DNA of 32,906 bases from a virus. Taxonomy: Duplodnaviria > Caudoviricetes. Where the stretch lies: IMG/VR virus record IMGVR_UViG_3300047669_002090, positions 1 through 32,906 of that record. One strand, written 5' to 3'. Below the pieces are notes generated by a model. That model made no database searches. It worked only from the letters and a program-made list of their open reading frames with translations, and was not told the DNA's origin. The position numbers and the translations under genes are program-made. Within the stretch, counting starts at the first letter, position 1. Every line of letters starts with the position of its first letter. Shown here piece after piece: positions 1 through 8,419 of the stretch.

Positions 1-146
1 CTCCTAATTAAATATATATTTTTATATAATAAAATCATTATTCCAATTAGGAAAATAAACTAATAAAGTATTTGACATCCCAGTTTAATTCCTCTATTCT
101 ATTATCATACAAAATCAAGAAAGCCAAACTCAACAACAATCATAAT

Positions 147-437
147 ATGAATATCACAATTGGAAACTATCGCATTAAACGAGCAGACGATTTAAATTTA
201 GTCGTTGAAAATTTAAGGAAGCCAGCTTTAAGCAAGAATCCGAAGATCGCCGAAAGACAATCGCATGAAAAAAAGTGGCATTTTATGGGGTATTGCGATA
301 AGCCAGAATTGGCATTTAATAAAATAGTAACACATTCTTTAGTGAATGAAGAAATAGAGGGCGCATCTAATTTTATGGAAAAAATTGTTGAGTTGCGCCG
401 TGAAATAAAGGATGCCGTATCCCAAATCCAGACGTAA
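147..437 (+). CDS. hypothetical phage protein
   Basis: ORF 72..437 starts at a TTG that is really the -35 box (TTGACA 72-77, TATTCT 95-100). The first ATG downstream of the promoter is 147. Confidence 0.7.
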   Translation: MNITIGNYRIKRADDLNLVVENLRKPALSKNPKIAERQSHEKKWHFMGYCDKPELAFNKIVTHSLVNEEIEGASNFMEKIVELRREIKDAVSQIQT

Positions 438-801
438 TAAGAGAGTTGGTCAAAAATCGGGCGGGGGCGGGTGCGATACCGCCTCCGCTCCTCCAACCCC
501 TCCTCCATGTGCGAAGAATCTATTCTTAACTGTAATACTAGCCAGCTTACCTTTAATATGCGCCTTGTTCTATCAGCACATACAAATAAGTAAAACAAAT
601 AAAGAATTAGCAACTTACTCTCAATTACTAGAGCAACTTAATAAGAAAGAAAATCTTACAAAGGAAGAAAAGCAAATAAAAGAAGATTTAGAGGAAAAGC
701 TAGAAGAAAAGCAACCAAATAATAACAAAACAAATTTTATAGAGCGAAAGTGGCATAATAATAAGTTCGGCGGTTCAAATAGCAGAAGAAAGACTCGTTA
801 A
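412..801 (+). CDS. hypothetical membrane-anchored protein (start uncertain)
   Basis: Hydrophobic segment followed by a K/E-rich coiled coil. The 5' part overlaps a GC-rich hairpin. Confidence 0.45.
   Translation: MPYPKSRRNKRVGQKSGGGGCDTASAPPTPPPCAKNLFLTVILASLPLICALFYQHIQISKTNKELATYSQLLEQLNKKENLTKEEKQIKEDLEEKLEEKQPNNNKTNFIERKWHNNKFGGSNSRRKTR
459..490 (+). terminator. GC-rich 12-bp stem-loop after the first gene (no U-tract)
   Basis: GGGCGGGGGCGG-gtgcgata-CCGCCTCCGCTC pairs with two G-U. Confidence 0.35.
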
Positions 802-863
802 TAATAAAGAATTTTCAATGAATTTGCGCCGTTTTAATAAGTTTAGACTAAATAAGAGATAAT

Positions 864-1088
864 ATGAAGAAATGTGGAATACAATGTTGGGCGATAGTTT
901 TTGTTGCTTTTTTTATTTTTATGATGATTACATTTTCGGGATGCGCTCATCACTCTTACCCTAGCGAAATTTATCTAGGCGAATATATTGCAAGCCGAAT
1001 GGAATACAACGCAAATAATAATAAAGAATCTTTAGTAGAGGCAAATAAGAACTGGGACTTGTATATGAAAGCAAGGATTAGTGAGTAA
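864..1088 (+). CDS. small putative lipoprotein
   Basis: MKK + hydrophobic stretch + FSGC lipobox-like motif. Confidence 0.6.
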   Translation: MKKCGIQCWAIVFVAFFIFMMITFSGCAHHSYPSEIYLGEYIASRMEYNANNNKESLVEANKNWDLYMKARISE

Positions 1089-1245
1089 ATTAATTTTACT
1101 TTTTTCTTTATGTAGTTCACTTGGTGCAATTTCGGGCTTGACAAAAGATGGTTTAGAGGTCATTCTTGTTTACATAACAATGGCAATAGTCTGCGCCTCA
1201 ATGTGGTTCGGGCTATACAAAACAATCCAAATATTATTAAAATGA
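1081..1245 (+). CDS. small membrane protein (54 aa)
   Basis: GTG start, fills the gap, two hydrophobic segments, stop overlaps the next ATG (ATGA). Confidence 0.5.
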   Translation: MSKLILLFSLCSSLGAISGLTKDGLEVILVYITMAIVCASMWFGLYKTIQILLK

Positions 1246-2111
1246 AATACACCTACTTAATTCTACTACTTTTTCTATCTGGTTGCGTGACCAACAAAGC
1301 TGATTGGGGCAAATACCGAGGGACTAGCAATACGACATCAGTATTGATTGATAATAAAGTAATTTCACACGAAGAATTGGATAAAAACACAAAGAAGGAA
1401 GCAAAGTATGTAGACCTACCTGTTATTAATTACCTCCATCAAGTTAATACAAATAAGATTGAGAGGGTAACTGCCATTGATACCAGTAGCATTATTCCTC
1501 TCATGATTGATGAAAAGATCAAGGTGGGGCCTTTCCTTTTCCAGATTGTCGGGTTGCGCCGACCAGAGTTTGGCGGAGATGCTCTGGAACTAACCCTAGT
1601 ACCGAGCCAATTTACCAAGGAGAACAGAGATGATATTCTACATATTAATTTCTTCGACCCGACTGGTAAAAGAATCCGCACGAAGACAAAGGGATCAGTT
1701 GGCACTAAAAAGTTTGAGAAGGTAATCTACTCCCTAAATATCAATCCAAAAAAAATCGTTGCTGAGATCACCTACCTCAAGGACAAATCCGTTAAAATGA
1801 TACATGATTTATTGCCTGATCCTTTTTTAATTGAAACCCCTGCGAAGATAATCCCTAGGCGAACTGCACAAGATAAATCGTTTGATTGGCAGGGTGGAGT
1901 TTCCGATATACCTAACGCCAAATATCAAGTGCGTTTACAGAATGGCGATAATAATGAAGTACTTTATCTTTCTCCTACTTTAGAAGAAGCCCAGCAATAC
2001 GTTAAGAAATATATGCCTTTCCATGATGACCTATATGTATATGATATTACTGGTCATTTGTTATACGCACCAATAAATGGATTAAACTCAACCTTATCGA
2101 AATTCGAATAA
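1242..2111 (+). CDS. putative lipoprotein
   Basis: MKYTYLILLLFLSGC signal peptide with lipobox. ATG 1242 preferred over the GTG at 1203. Confidence 0.7.
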   Translation: MKYTYLILLLFLSGCVTNKADWGKYRGTSNTTSVLIDNKVISHEELDKNTKKEAKYVDLPVINYLHQVNTNKIERVTAIDTSSIIPLMIDEKIKVGPFLFQIVGLRRPEFGGDALELTLVPSQFTKENRDDILHINFFDPTGKRIRTKTKGSVGTKKFEKVIYSLNINPKKIVAEITYLKDKSVKMIHDLLPDPFLIETPAKIIPRRTAQDKSFDWQGGVSDIPNAKYQVRLQNGDNNEVLYLSPTLEEAQQYVKKYMPFHDDLYVYDITGHLLYAPINGLNSTLSKFE

Positions 2112-2215
2112 TGTTTAAAGAAATAACAATTGCTATAATATTAGCTCTAGTCTTTGCTGTAATAGGTGGAATAGCAGAATACAGATATGACTTAATACTC
2201 AATTACTTGAAATAA
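2111..2215 (+). CDS. micro membrane peptide (34 aa)
   Basis: MFKEITIAIILALVFAVIGGIAEYRYDLILNYLK, TAATG coupling to the upstream gene. Confidence 0.55.
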   Translation: MFKEITIAIILALVFAVIGGIAEYRYDLILNYLK

Positions 2216-2254
2216 GTCCTTGACAGATAGCCGAATTTAAGGTATACTATACGT

Positions 2255-2548
2255 ATAATAATTGAGAAAGGCAACTCAACCAAATAAAACAGCCTTGTTC
2301 TTTTTGACAGATTTTTAAACTTTTAGCTGGTGACGGCTGGCTAATCGAGGGTGATCGAATAATGGGTTGATACTCCCCATAAGATGTACTAGGCTTGACC
2401 AATGTCCAAATGGATTAGGAAAGAGATAGTGGCTCGAAGTAGGTAACTGAAACTTTAGTTTATCCCGAAAAGTTAGAGGTATATAAGTAGTCCTCTCCCT
2501 CACATCTTTATCTAAAACCGCTCCTGAGTATTCGGGGGCGGTTTTTTT
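2255..2548 (+). ncRNA. putative structured non-coding RNA (~290 nt)
   Basis: Own promoter (TTGACA 2220, N17, TATACT 2243), no credible ORF, several hairpins and long-range complementary segments, ends in an intrinsic terminator. Confidence 0.55.
2514..2548 (+). terminator. rho-independent terminator
   Basis: AAAACCGCTCCTGA-gtat-TCGGGGGCGGTTTTTTT. Confidence 0.85.
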
Positions 2549-2583
2549 AGTTGACAAATAACTTTAATATAACAATATAATAA

Positions 2584-2802
2584 ATGGAGTATAGAGCGTA
2601 TCTATTTGAAGAGGTTGAGCCAGTAGGTATAATATGCAATAGGGGAAGGTTAATAGATACTGCACAAATAAAGGGAGATGGTAGACGAAATACAGAGAGG
2701 TGGAGACAGGTAGCTGAACGAATTTTCTTTGAAGAGCGTGATTGGACTAATAAAGAAGAATATTTTATTGAACTAGAACAGGTTAAAAATGAAAAAATAT
2801 AA
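2584..2802 (+). CDS. hypothetical protein, paralog of 2789..2977
   Basis: Shared pattern Y(R/K)AxLF...AExxFxxxRxW...E.(Y/F).IE.E. Confidence 0.7.
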   Translation: MEYRAYLFEEVEPVGIICNRGRLIDTAQIKGDGRRNTERWRQVAERIFFEERDWTNKEEYFIELEQVKNEKI

Positions 2803-2977
2803 AGCGACATTATTCAAGCAGGAATACATTGACGAACCTTCCAAGCCAATTGATACTATTTTGTTAGATAAGAGATGCTTTACAAGTGCAGAGAAATTCT
2901 TTTACGATAAACGTGGATGGAAGAGAGCGGAACACTTTCACATCGAAATTGAAGAAATGCCCAGATTTCTAGCTTGA
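2789..2977 (+). CDS. hypothetical protein, paralog of 2584..2802
   Basis: Same shared pattern, overlaps the upstream stop. Confidence 0.7.
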   Translation: MKKYKATLFKQEYIDEPSKPIDTILLDKRCFTSAEKFFYDKRGWKRAEHFHIEIEEMPRFLA

Positions 2978-3008
2978 CAATTTATAAAACCATGCCATAA
3001 TTAAAGGC

Positions 3009-3509
3009 ATGAAATTGATAAAAGCTCAACTCTTATGTGTTCGCCTCATGGTTAAGTGGGGCGTTTTTGGTGATGGCAACCTCAAGTGGAAGTGGGGTGG
3101 ATTTAACAAGAGACGCAGGAATTGCGGTGAATGCTACGTAGACGAAGGTAATCGTAAGATTTGCTTGAGCAGGTATTACGTTGACCAAAATGATGAGGCA
3201 ACAGTAACGAATACAATTTTACATGAAATTGCCCATGCCCTAGATGTAGAAGAGCGTGGAGATAGTCAGCACGACAAGCATTGGAGAAAGTGGTGCAGGG
3301 TAGTAGGGTGTACAGAAGAGCGTACAAATTCTCAGGCTAAAGTCAGCTATTTATATAATGACAAATGTTGCGGACATACTCATGGTAAACATCGCCTATA
3401 TAGTGAGAACAGCTATCATTGCAGGAAATGTGATAGAGAATTATTTGTTAAGCAGAGAGTAGCAATACAATACAAACTAGATCAATCCAACATTATATCA
3501 GTACGATGA
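3009..3509 (+). CDS. SprT-like zinc metalloprotease with C-terminal Zn ribbon
   Basis: TILHEIAH (HExxH), downstream H..W..C, then CC-G...YHCRKC Zn ribbon. Confidence 0.85.
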   Translation: MKLIKAQLLCVRLMVKWGVFGDGNLKWKWGGFNKRRRNCGECYVDEGNRKICLSRYYVDQNDEATVTNTILHEIAHALDVEERGDSQHDKHWRKWCRVVGCTEERTNSQAKVSYLYNDKCCGHTHGKHRLYSENSYHCRKCDRELFVKQRVAIQYKLDQSNIISVR

Positions 3510-3772
3510 AATATATTATAATTACATTATTATTCCTGTTAACTACATTAATATTCTTATCAGGTTGCGTTTCAAATACAATCGAACTTTCTAAACTAGA
3601 TACCCTTCCACCTGTTAGTGCGGAGAGTGTAAATAGTGGTCAGGACGAATTACAGAGGCAGAAAGCTCAAGACCTTGGCATTGCTTATGTTGACTATCTT
3701 CATATGGTAAATAACAGCAAGACTAGGACAACTAAATCTTTTATAAAATTGCGCCACACTAATAATGAATGA
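3506..3772 (+). CDS. small putative lipoprotein
   Basis: MKY + hydrophobic stretch + LSGC. Confidence 0.65.
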   Translation: MKYIIITLLFLLTTLIFLSGCVSNTIELSKLDTLPPVSAESVNSGQDELQRQKAQDLGIAYVDYLHMVNNSKTRTTKSFIKLRHTNNE

Positions 3773-3992
3773 TGTTTATATAATACAGACACAAGAAGAA
3801 TACGATGCCATTTTAACAAGATTATCAGTAATAGAGGATAGGATAAATAAGGCAGGTATAAAAGAAATTAATTTTACCGAAATATGGAAGTTAGTGCTAT
3901 CAGTACAAGAATGGAAAATGAGAGAGTATAATAAAAAATGTGATGAATTAGAAAAGAAGGCAAAAGGTAATTATGGTTTTATGGATGATTAA
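3765..3992 (+). CDS. hypothetical protein
   Basis: Coupled ORF ending just before the first dyad. Confidence 0.6.
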   Translation: MNDVYIIQTQEEYDAILTRLSVIEDRINKAGIKEINFTEIWKLVLSVQEWKMREYNKKCDELEKKAKGNYGFMDD

Positions 3993-3999
3993 GTAAAAG

Positions 4000-4032
4000 T
4001 TGGCATGGAAAATGCTGCACCCCCCGTGCCAA
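4000..4032. repeat. 33-bp dyad copy 1 (double sigma54-like site)
   Basis: TTGGCATGGAAAATGCTGCACCCCCCGTGCCAA. Confidence 0.9.
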
Positions 4033-4096
4033 AAATTAAAGATAACTTTATTCATTTTACCCTTGACTTTACCTGAAAAATCTATTTAATTAAGGT

Positions 4097-4507
4097 ATGA
4101 AAAGTAGAAAACCGCACGACCCACGTTACGCTCTCGACACGAACCGCAAGGTATTCATTTACAAAAACCTGCACAAAAATTGCTGGTCTATTAAACAGGA
4201 CGGATTGGTGAAGGCTCATTCGGATAAAGACCCGATTGATTTATACCAAGCAACTATGTATGTCAACAGCAAGGGCAGACAGAGAGTTTTAAGAGAAAAG
4301 AGAAAAAATGTTCATGCAGGAATCAAGGGGTATCTTTCCCATCCTGATCCATCCTTTGAATGTTGGGATGACATAGGATGGTGGGAAATGGCTCCCATTA
4401 CCTATAACCCCTATAAGTATAAATCTTTTGTAGATAAACGAACGGAAAAACCAAGATGGTTCGCCTCATTCGTAAAACTGTATCCAAACGAAGCAAGAGC
4501 AATATAA
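4097..4507 (+). CDS. conserved phage hypothetical protein
   Basis: Motifs VFIYKNLHKNCWSI, RQRVLREKRKNVHA and YNPYK recalled from phage hypotheticals. Leaderless behind promoter 4063. Confidence 0.8.
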   Translation: MKSRKPHDPRYALDTNRKVFIYKNLHKNCWSIKQDGLVKAHSDKDPIDLYQATMYVNSKGRQRVLREKRKNVHAGIKGYLSHPDPSFECWDDIGWWEMAPITYNPYKYKSFVDKRTEKPRWFASFVKLYPNEARAI

Positions 4508-4546
4508 TCGACAAGTTCCAAAAAGGAACATACCACAAAAATAAAA

Positions 4547-4774
4547 ATGTTTGACGAACAAGAACGTATGAACGAAATGTGGGATGACTATTTCGCAAAA
4601 GGAGACGCCATTCGTGAGCGTTACGCAAGCGACATAGCCAGCATGGAGGGCGCAGATGAAGAGCGTGGTGAATATATGCAGGTAGTTTATGATGCAGGTT
4701 ATGGAGATGATGACCGAGCATATGAAGCAAATTGGAAAAGAACTAAAGAACACGCAGAACTCAACCTTAATTGA
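4547..4774 (+). CDS. acidic hypothetical protein
   Basis: ATG after an A-rich leader, D/E-rich. Confidence 0.65.
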   Translation: MFDEQERMNEMWDDYFAKGDAIRERYASDIASMEGADEERGEYMQVVYDAGYGDDDRAYEANWKRTKEHAELNLN

Positions 4775-4781
4775 TAAAAAA

Positions 4782-5057
4782 ATGGATATACCTAACTACG
4801 ACTACTTACAACTGCATCAAGATGAATACGGATTTACTGTTAAGGGGTATCTTAATGATGGTTACTCAAAGCATTCCGTTTGTGCTGGGATGACAAGGAT
4901 TGATTACCTTGACACCTTTGACGCGGAAGAGGATGCTCTTTCTGCCTTCCCTTCTTTGAAAGGAGAGGATGGAGAGATTTCTTATGGACATAAACTCTTT
5001 GATGACGAACTCAAGGATGTTTCCCACATTCCAGACACACCTGACCTATATATGTAA
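4782..5057 (+). CDS. acidic hypothetical protein
   Basis: ATG 4782 avoids overlap with the upstream gene. Confidence 0.65.
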   Translation: MDIPNYDYLQLHQDEYGFTVKGYLNDGYSKHSVCAGMTRIDYLDTFDAEEDALSAFPSLKGEDGEISYGHKLFDDELKDVSHIPDTPDLYM

Positions 5058-5058
5058 A

Positions 5059-5211
5059 ATGAATTACAGCGAACTATTTTTTGAAAAAAACAACGGCAAT
5101 GACATGGATTTCTTTGTGGATCTAATCTCTCGCTTCCAGCAACAGGGCGTAGACTTTGAGATAGAAGATAGCCCACACACAGGGTGCATAAGGCTTATGA
5201 TTAAAAAGTAA
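5059..5211 (+). CDS. hypothetical protein (50 aa)
   Basis: ATG 5059 directly after the previous stop. Its stop abuts tRNA-Cys. Confidence 0.55.
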   Translation: MNYSELFFEKNNGNDMDFFVDLISRFQQQGVDFEIEDSPHTGCIRLMIKK

Positions 5212-5285
5212 GTACCGATGGCCGAGCGGCTAGGCGAGGGTCTGCAAAACCCTTTACGTGGGTTCGAATCCCACTCGGTACTCCA
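5212..5285 (+). tRNA. tRNA-Cys (GCA)
   Basis: Acceptor GTACCGA/TCGGTAC, anticodon loop CT-GCA-AA, TTCGAAT T-loop, U73 discriminator, encoded CCA. Confidence 0.95.
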
Positions 5286-5287
5286 TT

Positions 5288-5309
5288 TTGGCACGGCTAT
5301 CCGTGCCAA
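5288..5309. repeat. shortened (22-bp) dyad
   Basis: TTGGCACGG-CTAT-CCGTGCCAA, outer arms only. Confidence 0.85.
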
Positions 5310-5315
5310 TTTATG

Positions 5316-5348
5316 TTGGCACGCAACGTGCAGCACGGCCCGTGCCAA
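5316..5348. repeat. 33-bp dyad copy 2
   Basis: TTGGCACGCAACGTGCAGCACGGCCCGTGCCAA. Confidence 0.9.
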
Positions 5349-5423
5349 TCTGTCCATAAAAAAAATTATGTTTTTTGTGCGATTACCCTTGACTTAATCG
5401 TAAAAAATGTCATACTTAATGTT

Positions 5424-5537
5424 ATGAAAGTTAAGGTAAGAAAGACAGGAATATTCAGTAAGGCTCGCCCTCACCAGCGGGTCAACAAAGTCCTGCCTCG
5501 GAAACAAAAGCACAAGAAAAAGCTTGACCTTTCCTAA
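5424..5537 (+). CDS. small basic protein (37 aa), RKxKH motif reminiscent of ArfA
   Basis: MKVKVRKTGIFSKARPHQRVNKVLPRKQKHKKKLDLS, leaderless behind promoter 5389. Confidence 0.6.
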   Translation: MKVKVRKTGIFSKARPHQRVNKVLPRKQKHKKKLDLS

Positions 5538-5587
5538 AAAATCTATTTAATTAAACATAACAATTAACCTCAAAAAGCTACAAAATT

Positions 5588-6343
5588 ATGAAACAACTCA
5601 ACTTATCCATCTGCGGTTCTGATCGCACAAAAGCATCCTTTGAAGAAGTTCTGGCAGTCCAGACTCCTCAAAAGACCGAAACTTGGACTCCTGTCAGTCA
5701 TGGATTCCTTATTGACCAAACCAAGAAAAAGCTCGATGAAAATGGTTTCGACGTTGTCGATGAAAACCACAACCTCGCTCGCTTTGGTCAGCGTTACTTT
5801 GGTCTGATGCAAGTGCAAGACCGCTCGGCTCCCGAAAATCCAGATCGGGCAACTGTCGTTGGTCTTCGCAATGGTCACGACAAGTGCTTTCCTGCTGGCA
5901 TTATGGCTGGTGACGCACCTTTTGTTTGCTCTAATCTTATTTTTAACAATGAGATTGTGATCGCTCGCCGACACACCAAGAACATCGACAACCTAGATGT
6001 GGCTGGCAATATCTTTCAGAAGATTGCTAATGCCATTGGCAAATTGCGTGAGTCTTGGGTTGGTCAAGAAAAACGTGTCAACTCCTACAAGGAATATGAC
6101 CTTTCCTCAACCTCGGAGGCTAATGACCTTATTATCCGTGCGTTCCAAAATGGTTCTTGCTCCAAAACTCAAATTGCTGATATTGTCGGGCAATGGAACA
6201 AACCAAACCATAACGAGTTTTCAGATCGGAATCTGTACTCTCTTTACAATTCATTCAGCGAGGTCTGGAAGGGTAATCTCGGATTGCTTCCTAATCGCTC
6301 AACTCAACTGCACGCCCTATTCGATTCGGTTGCGGAGGCTTAA
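5588..6343 (+). CDS. DUF932-family protein
   Basis: GLRNGHDK..PAG...FVCSNL and RRHTKN motifs, C-terminal LYSLYNSFSE. Confidence 0.8.
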   Translation: MKQLNLSICGSDRTKASFEEVLAVQTPQKTETWTPVSHGFLIDQTKKKLDENGFDVVDENHNLARFGQRYFGLMQVQDRSAPENPDRATVVGLRNGHDKCFPAGIMAGDAPFVCSNLIFNNEIVIARRHTKNIDNLDVAGNIFQKIANAIGKLRESWVGQEKRVNSYKEYDLSSTSEANDLIIRAFQNGSCSKTQIADIVGQWNKPNHNEFSDRNLYSLYNSFSEVWKGNLGLLPNRSTQLHALFDSVAEA

Positions 6344-6390
6344 TCCTTCCAACCATTAACCTAAAACAAAAATCATTAATTATAATTATT

Positions 6391-6630
6391 ATGAATAACA
6401 CCGCACAAAACATCAATCAAGTAGTAACAGGCGCACAAGGGAAATTTGTTTCCCTTCTAGTCTCCAAGGGTCTTCAGCGTAAGGCTCATTCGGGAAAGGT
6501 GGCGAAGGTCACCCCAACTCACGTTTATTTCACCGACACCAACAATGGTCGTCCTAATAGGCGGGTCGCTCGGACGAGCATTCTGCGTACCGCTTGTGGC
6601 AAGGCGGTATTCGCCCGCTCTGTACTTTAA
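6391..6630 (+). CDS. small basic hypothetical protein
   Basis: ORF with AT-rich leader, followed by a hairpin and a dyad. Confidence 0.7.
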   Translation: MNNTAQNINQVVTGAQGKFVSLLVSKGLQRKAHSGKVAKVTPTHVYFTDTNNGRPNRRVARTSILRTACGKAVFARSVL

Positions 6631-6645
6631 TTAAAAGTGCATACA

Positions 6646-6676
6646 TCCCTTGGGTCGCGGTGGACGGCCCGAGGGA
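6646..6676 (+). terminator. GC-rich stem-loop immediately before dyad copy 3
   Basis: TCCCTTGGGTCG-cggtgga-CGGCCCGAGGGA, weak U-tract. Confidence 0.5.
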
Positions 6677-6677
6677 A

Positions 6678-6710
6678 TTGGCACGCCGCGTGCTGCACGG
6701 CCCATGCCAA
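6678..6710. repeat. 33-bp dyad copy 3
   Basis: TTGGCACGCCGCGTGCTGCACGGCCCATGCCAA. Confidence 0.9.
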
Positions 6711-6774
6711 AAGTTTTCTCTAATTCTATGCATTTTTTGCTTGCGTTTTCCTAAAAAATCTATTTAATTAAGGT

Positions 6775-7371
6775 ATGAAAATTAATCCTCAAGAAATCAC
6801 CGATTACAATCGCACCGATGCAGAACTGGAATTCTTTCTTTTGTTCTGTATCGTAGTTGCTGGGAAGAAGTCCGACATTCAAGCACGCAAGTTAGAGGAA
6901 TGGTACGATAACCGAGTCTACCATAAGGATACTCCTTTTGAGTATATCGAAAGATTAGATGCAGATGGAGAGTTGCGTTCATCATTGGAGAAGGTAAGGA
7001 TGGGGCAGTATAATCGCCTTGTCAATTCTTTTCAAGATGTCATTGGCATGGGAGGCAGAGGGATACTGAACTTACAGAAGTGTTCGCTTCAAGACCTTTG
7101 TTTCATTCGTGGAGTAAAGTTAAAGACATCAAATTTCTTCTTGACTCATTCAAGGGAAGACTATAATGTACCTGTATTAGATACTCACGTTCTTAAATTC
7201 TTAAAAGCCGAAGGAATTAAAAACGTACCAAAGTCAACTCCCCAAGATGAAAAGCTTTACAATTCTCTTGCTAAACAATTCACAACCATTGCCAAACGCA
7301 GAAGGATGTCAGTTGCTGACCTCGACCTTCAAGTCTGGAAACAATACTCAACATCAACCATAAAAGCATAA
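6775..7371 (+). CDS. HhH-GPD superfamily DNA glycosylase/AP lyase, Ogg2-like
   Basis: HhH IRGVKLKTSNFFL (catalytic K), VLDTHVL (catalytic D), C-terminal DLDLQVW. Confidence 0.75.
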   Translation: MKINPQEITDYNRTDAELEFFLLFCIVVAGKKSDIQARKLEEWYDNRVYHKDTPFEYIERLDADGELRSSLEKVRMGQYNRLVNSFQDVIGMGGRGILNLQKCSLQDLCFIRGVKLKTSNFFLTHSREDYNVPVLDTHVLKFLKAEGIKNVPKSTPQDEKLYNSLAKQFTTIAKRRRMSVADLDLQVWKQYSTSTIKA

Positions 7372-7605
7372 ATGACCGAAACCATACCACATCCAGTAAT
7401 GGAACCAAAACTCTATGAGCTTAAGATGGCATCTCAAGTTTATGACCCGCAGTACAATGTAGATTGGTGCGACAAAGTAGATGCATGGATTACAACATTC
7501 GTGGATCACTATAACAAGGACGATACATTAGAGTATATGTTTAACTCTAAAGAAAAACTAGAAGAAATTCTTCTTGAATTAATGGAGGCACAAGAAAATG
7601 GATAA
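7372..7605 (+). CDS. hypothetical protein
   Basis: Abuts the upstream stop. Confidence 0.65.
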   Translation: MTETIPHPVMEPKLYELKMASQVYDPQYNVDWCDKVDAWITTFVDHYNKDDTLEYMFNSKEKLEEILLELMEAQENG

Positions 7606-7798
7606 ATTGAGTAATGGAGACCTAAAGGTTATTCTGGATATACTTAACGTCTATGATCCTAATGACATCAAACACGTTTACTCGGCAATGGGTTCGCAGG
7701 AATTCTTGGTTGAAGTAAATGAGACATTCCAAAAGGTATTATCTTTTGTAAAGAAAGGTGTTGACCTCATTGAAAAACCTGTCATACTAGAAGAATGA
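7598..7798 (+). CDS. hypothetical protein
   Basis: Coupled ORF with GGAGG upstream. Its 3' end embeds promoter 7761. Confidence 0.65.
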   Translation: MDKLSNGDLKVILDILNVYDPNDIKHVYSAMGSQEFLVEVNETFQKVLSFVKKGVDLIEKPVILEE

Positions 7799-8016
7799 AA
7801 GATATAAAACAATTAGTTGGAATCGAATCGACAGCAGTCGCAGACCTCATTCAAAATCATCAAGACATTCTACAAGAAGATGAGAAGATTGTTGAAGACA
7901 TCACAAACGCTCGATTGAGCTTGCAGTTCTTCATGTCAATAGAAGAGGATAATCGTGCTTATTATGAAGCAAAGAACATTAAACATAAAATCATGCAACA
8001 CTTGGGATTAGTATAA
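7795..8016 (+). CDS. hypothetical protein
   Basis: Leaderless behind promoter 7761. Confidence 0.7.
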   Translation: MKDIKQLVGIESTAVADLIQNHQDILQEDEKIVEDITNARLSLQFFMSIEEDNRAYYEAKNIKHKIMQHLGLV

Positions 8017-8225
8017 TGAATGAAACAATAGTATTAGACACACCGCAAGCAATCGATGGGTTTCGCACTCGTATGTTGAGGAGTGCCCTCAAGCTGGAAG
8101 TTTTGGGTATGAGTCGCAAGGGGCAATCGGTATACTCGATTGTCAAGCAGGAGTTTGGATTTAAGGGAAACAAGCAACAGGTTCTCGACCAACTACTTGC
8201 TTACATAAAAGAGCATAACATATAA
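8016..8225 (+). CDS. conserved phage hypothetical protein
   Basis: TAATG coupling. ALKLEVLGM...KQEFGFKG pattern recalled from phage hypotheticals. Confidence 0.7.
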   Translation: MNETIVLDTPQAIDGFRTRMLRSALKLEVLGMSRKGQSVYSIVKQEFGFKGNKQQVLDQLLAYIKEHNI

Positions 8226-8232
8226 TCATTTT

Positions 8233-8318
8233 GCCGAAGTGGTGGAATGGTAGACACTACGGACTTAAAATCCGTTGCCTGAAAAGGCGTGAGGGTTCGA
8301 CTCCCTCCTTCGGCACCA
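8233..8318 (+). tRNA. tRNA-Leu (TAA)
   Basis: Acceptor GCCGAAG/CTTCGGC, anticodon arm ACGGA-CTTAAAA-TCCGT, long variable arm, A73, CCA. Confidence 0.95.
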
Positions 8319-8320
8319 AT

Positions 8321-8353
8321 TTGGCACGGGCCGTGCTGCCCGCCCCGTGCCAG
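8321..8353. repeat. 33-bp dyad copy 4
   Basis: TTGGCACGGGCCGTGCTGCCCGCCCCGTGCCAG. Confidence 0.9.
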
Positions 8354-8419
8354 AAGTCAAGCGCAAAAAAGATTATTTTTTCTGTTGACATTGGCTCCGA
8401 TTATGTCATGATTATATGT

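Noticed and set aside
392-3756. Recurrent TTGCGCC (near 393, 824, 1554, 3749)
   Set aside because: Few copies, mostly within coding sequence. Cannot be distinguished from chance without counting.
8231-8419. N-terminal extension of the 327-aa ORF
   Set aside because: Overlaps tRNA-Leu, a dyad and a promoter. Real start is 8420.
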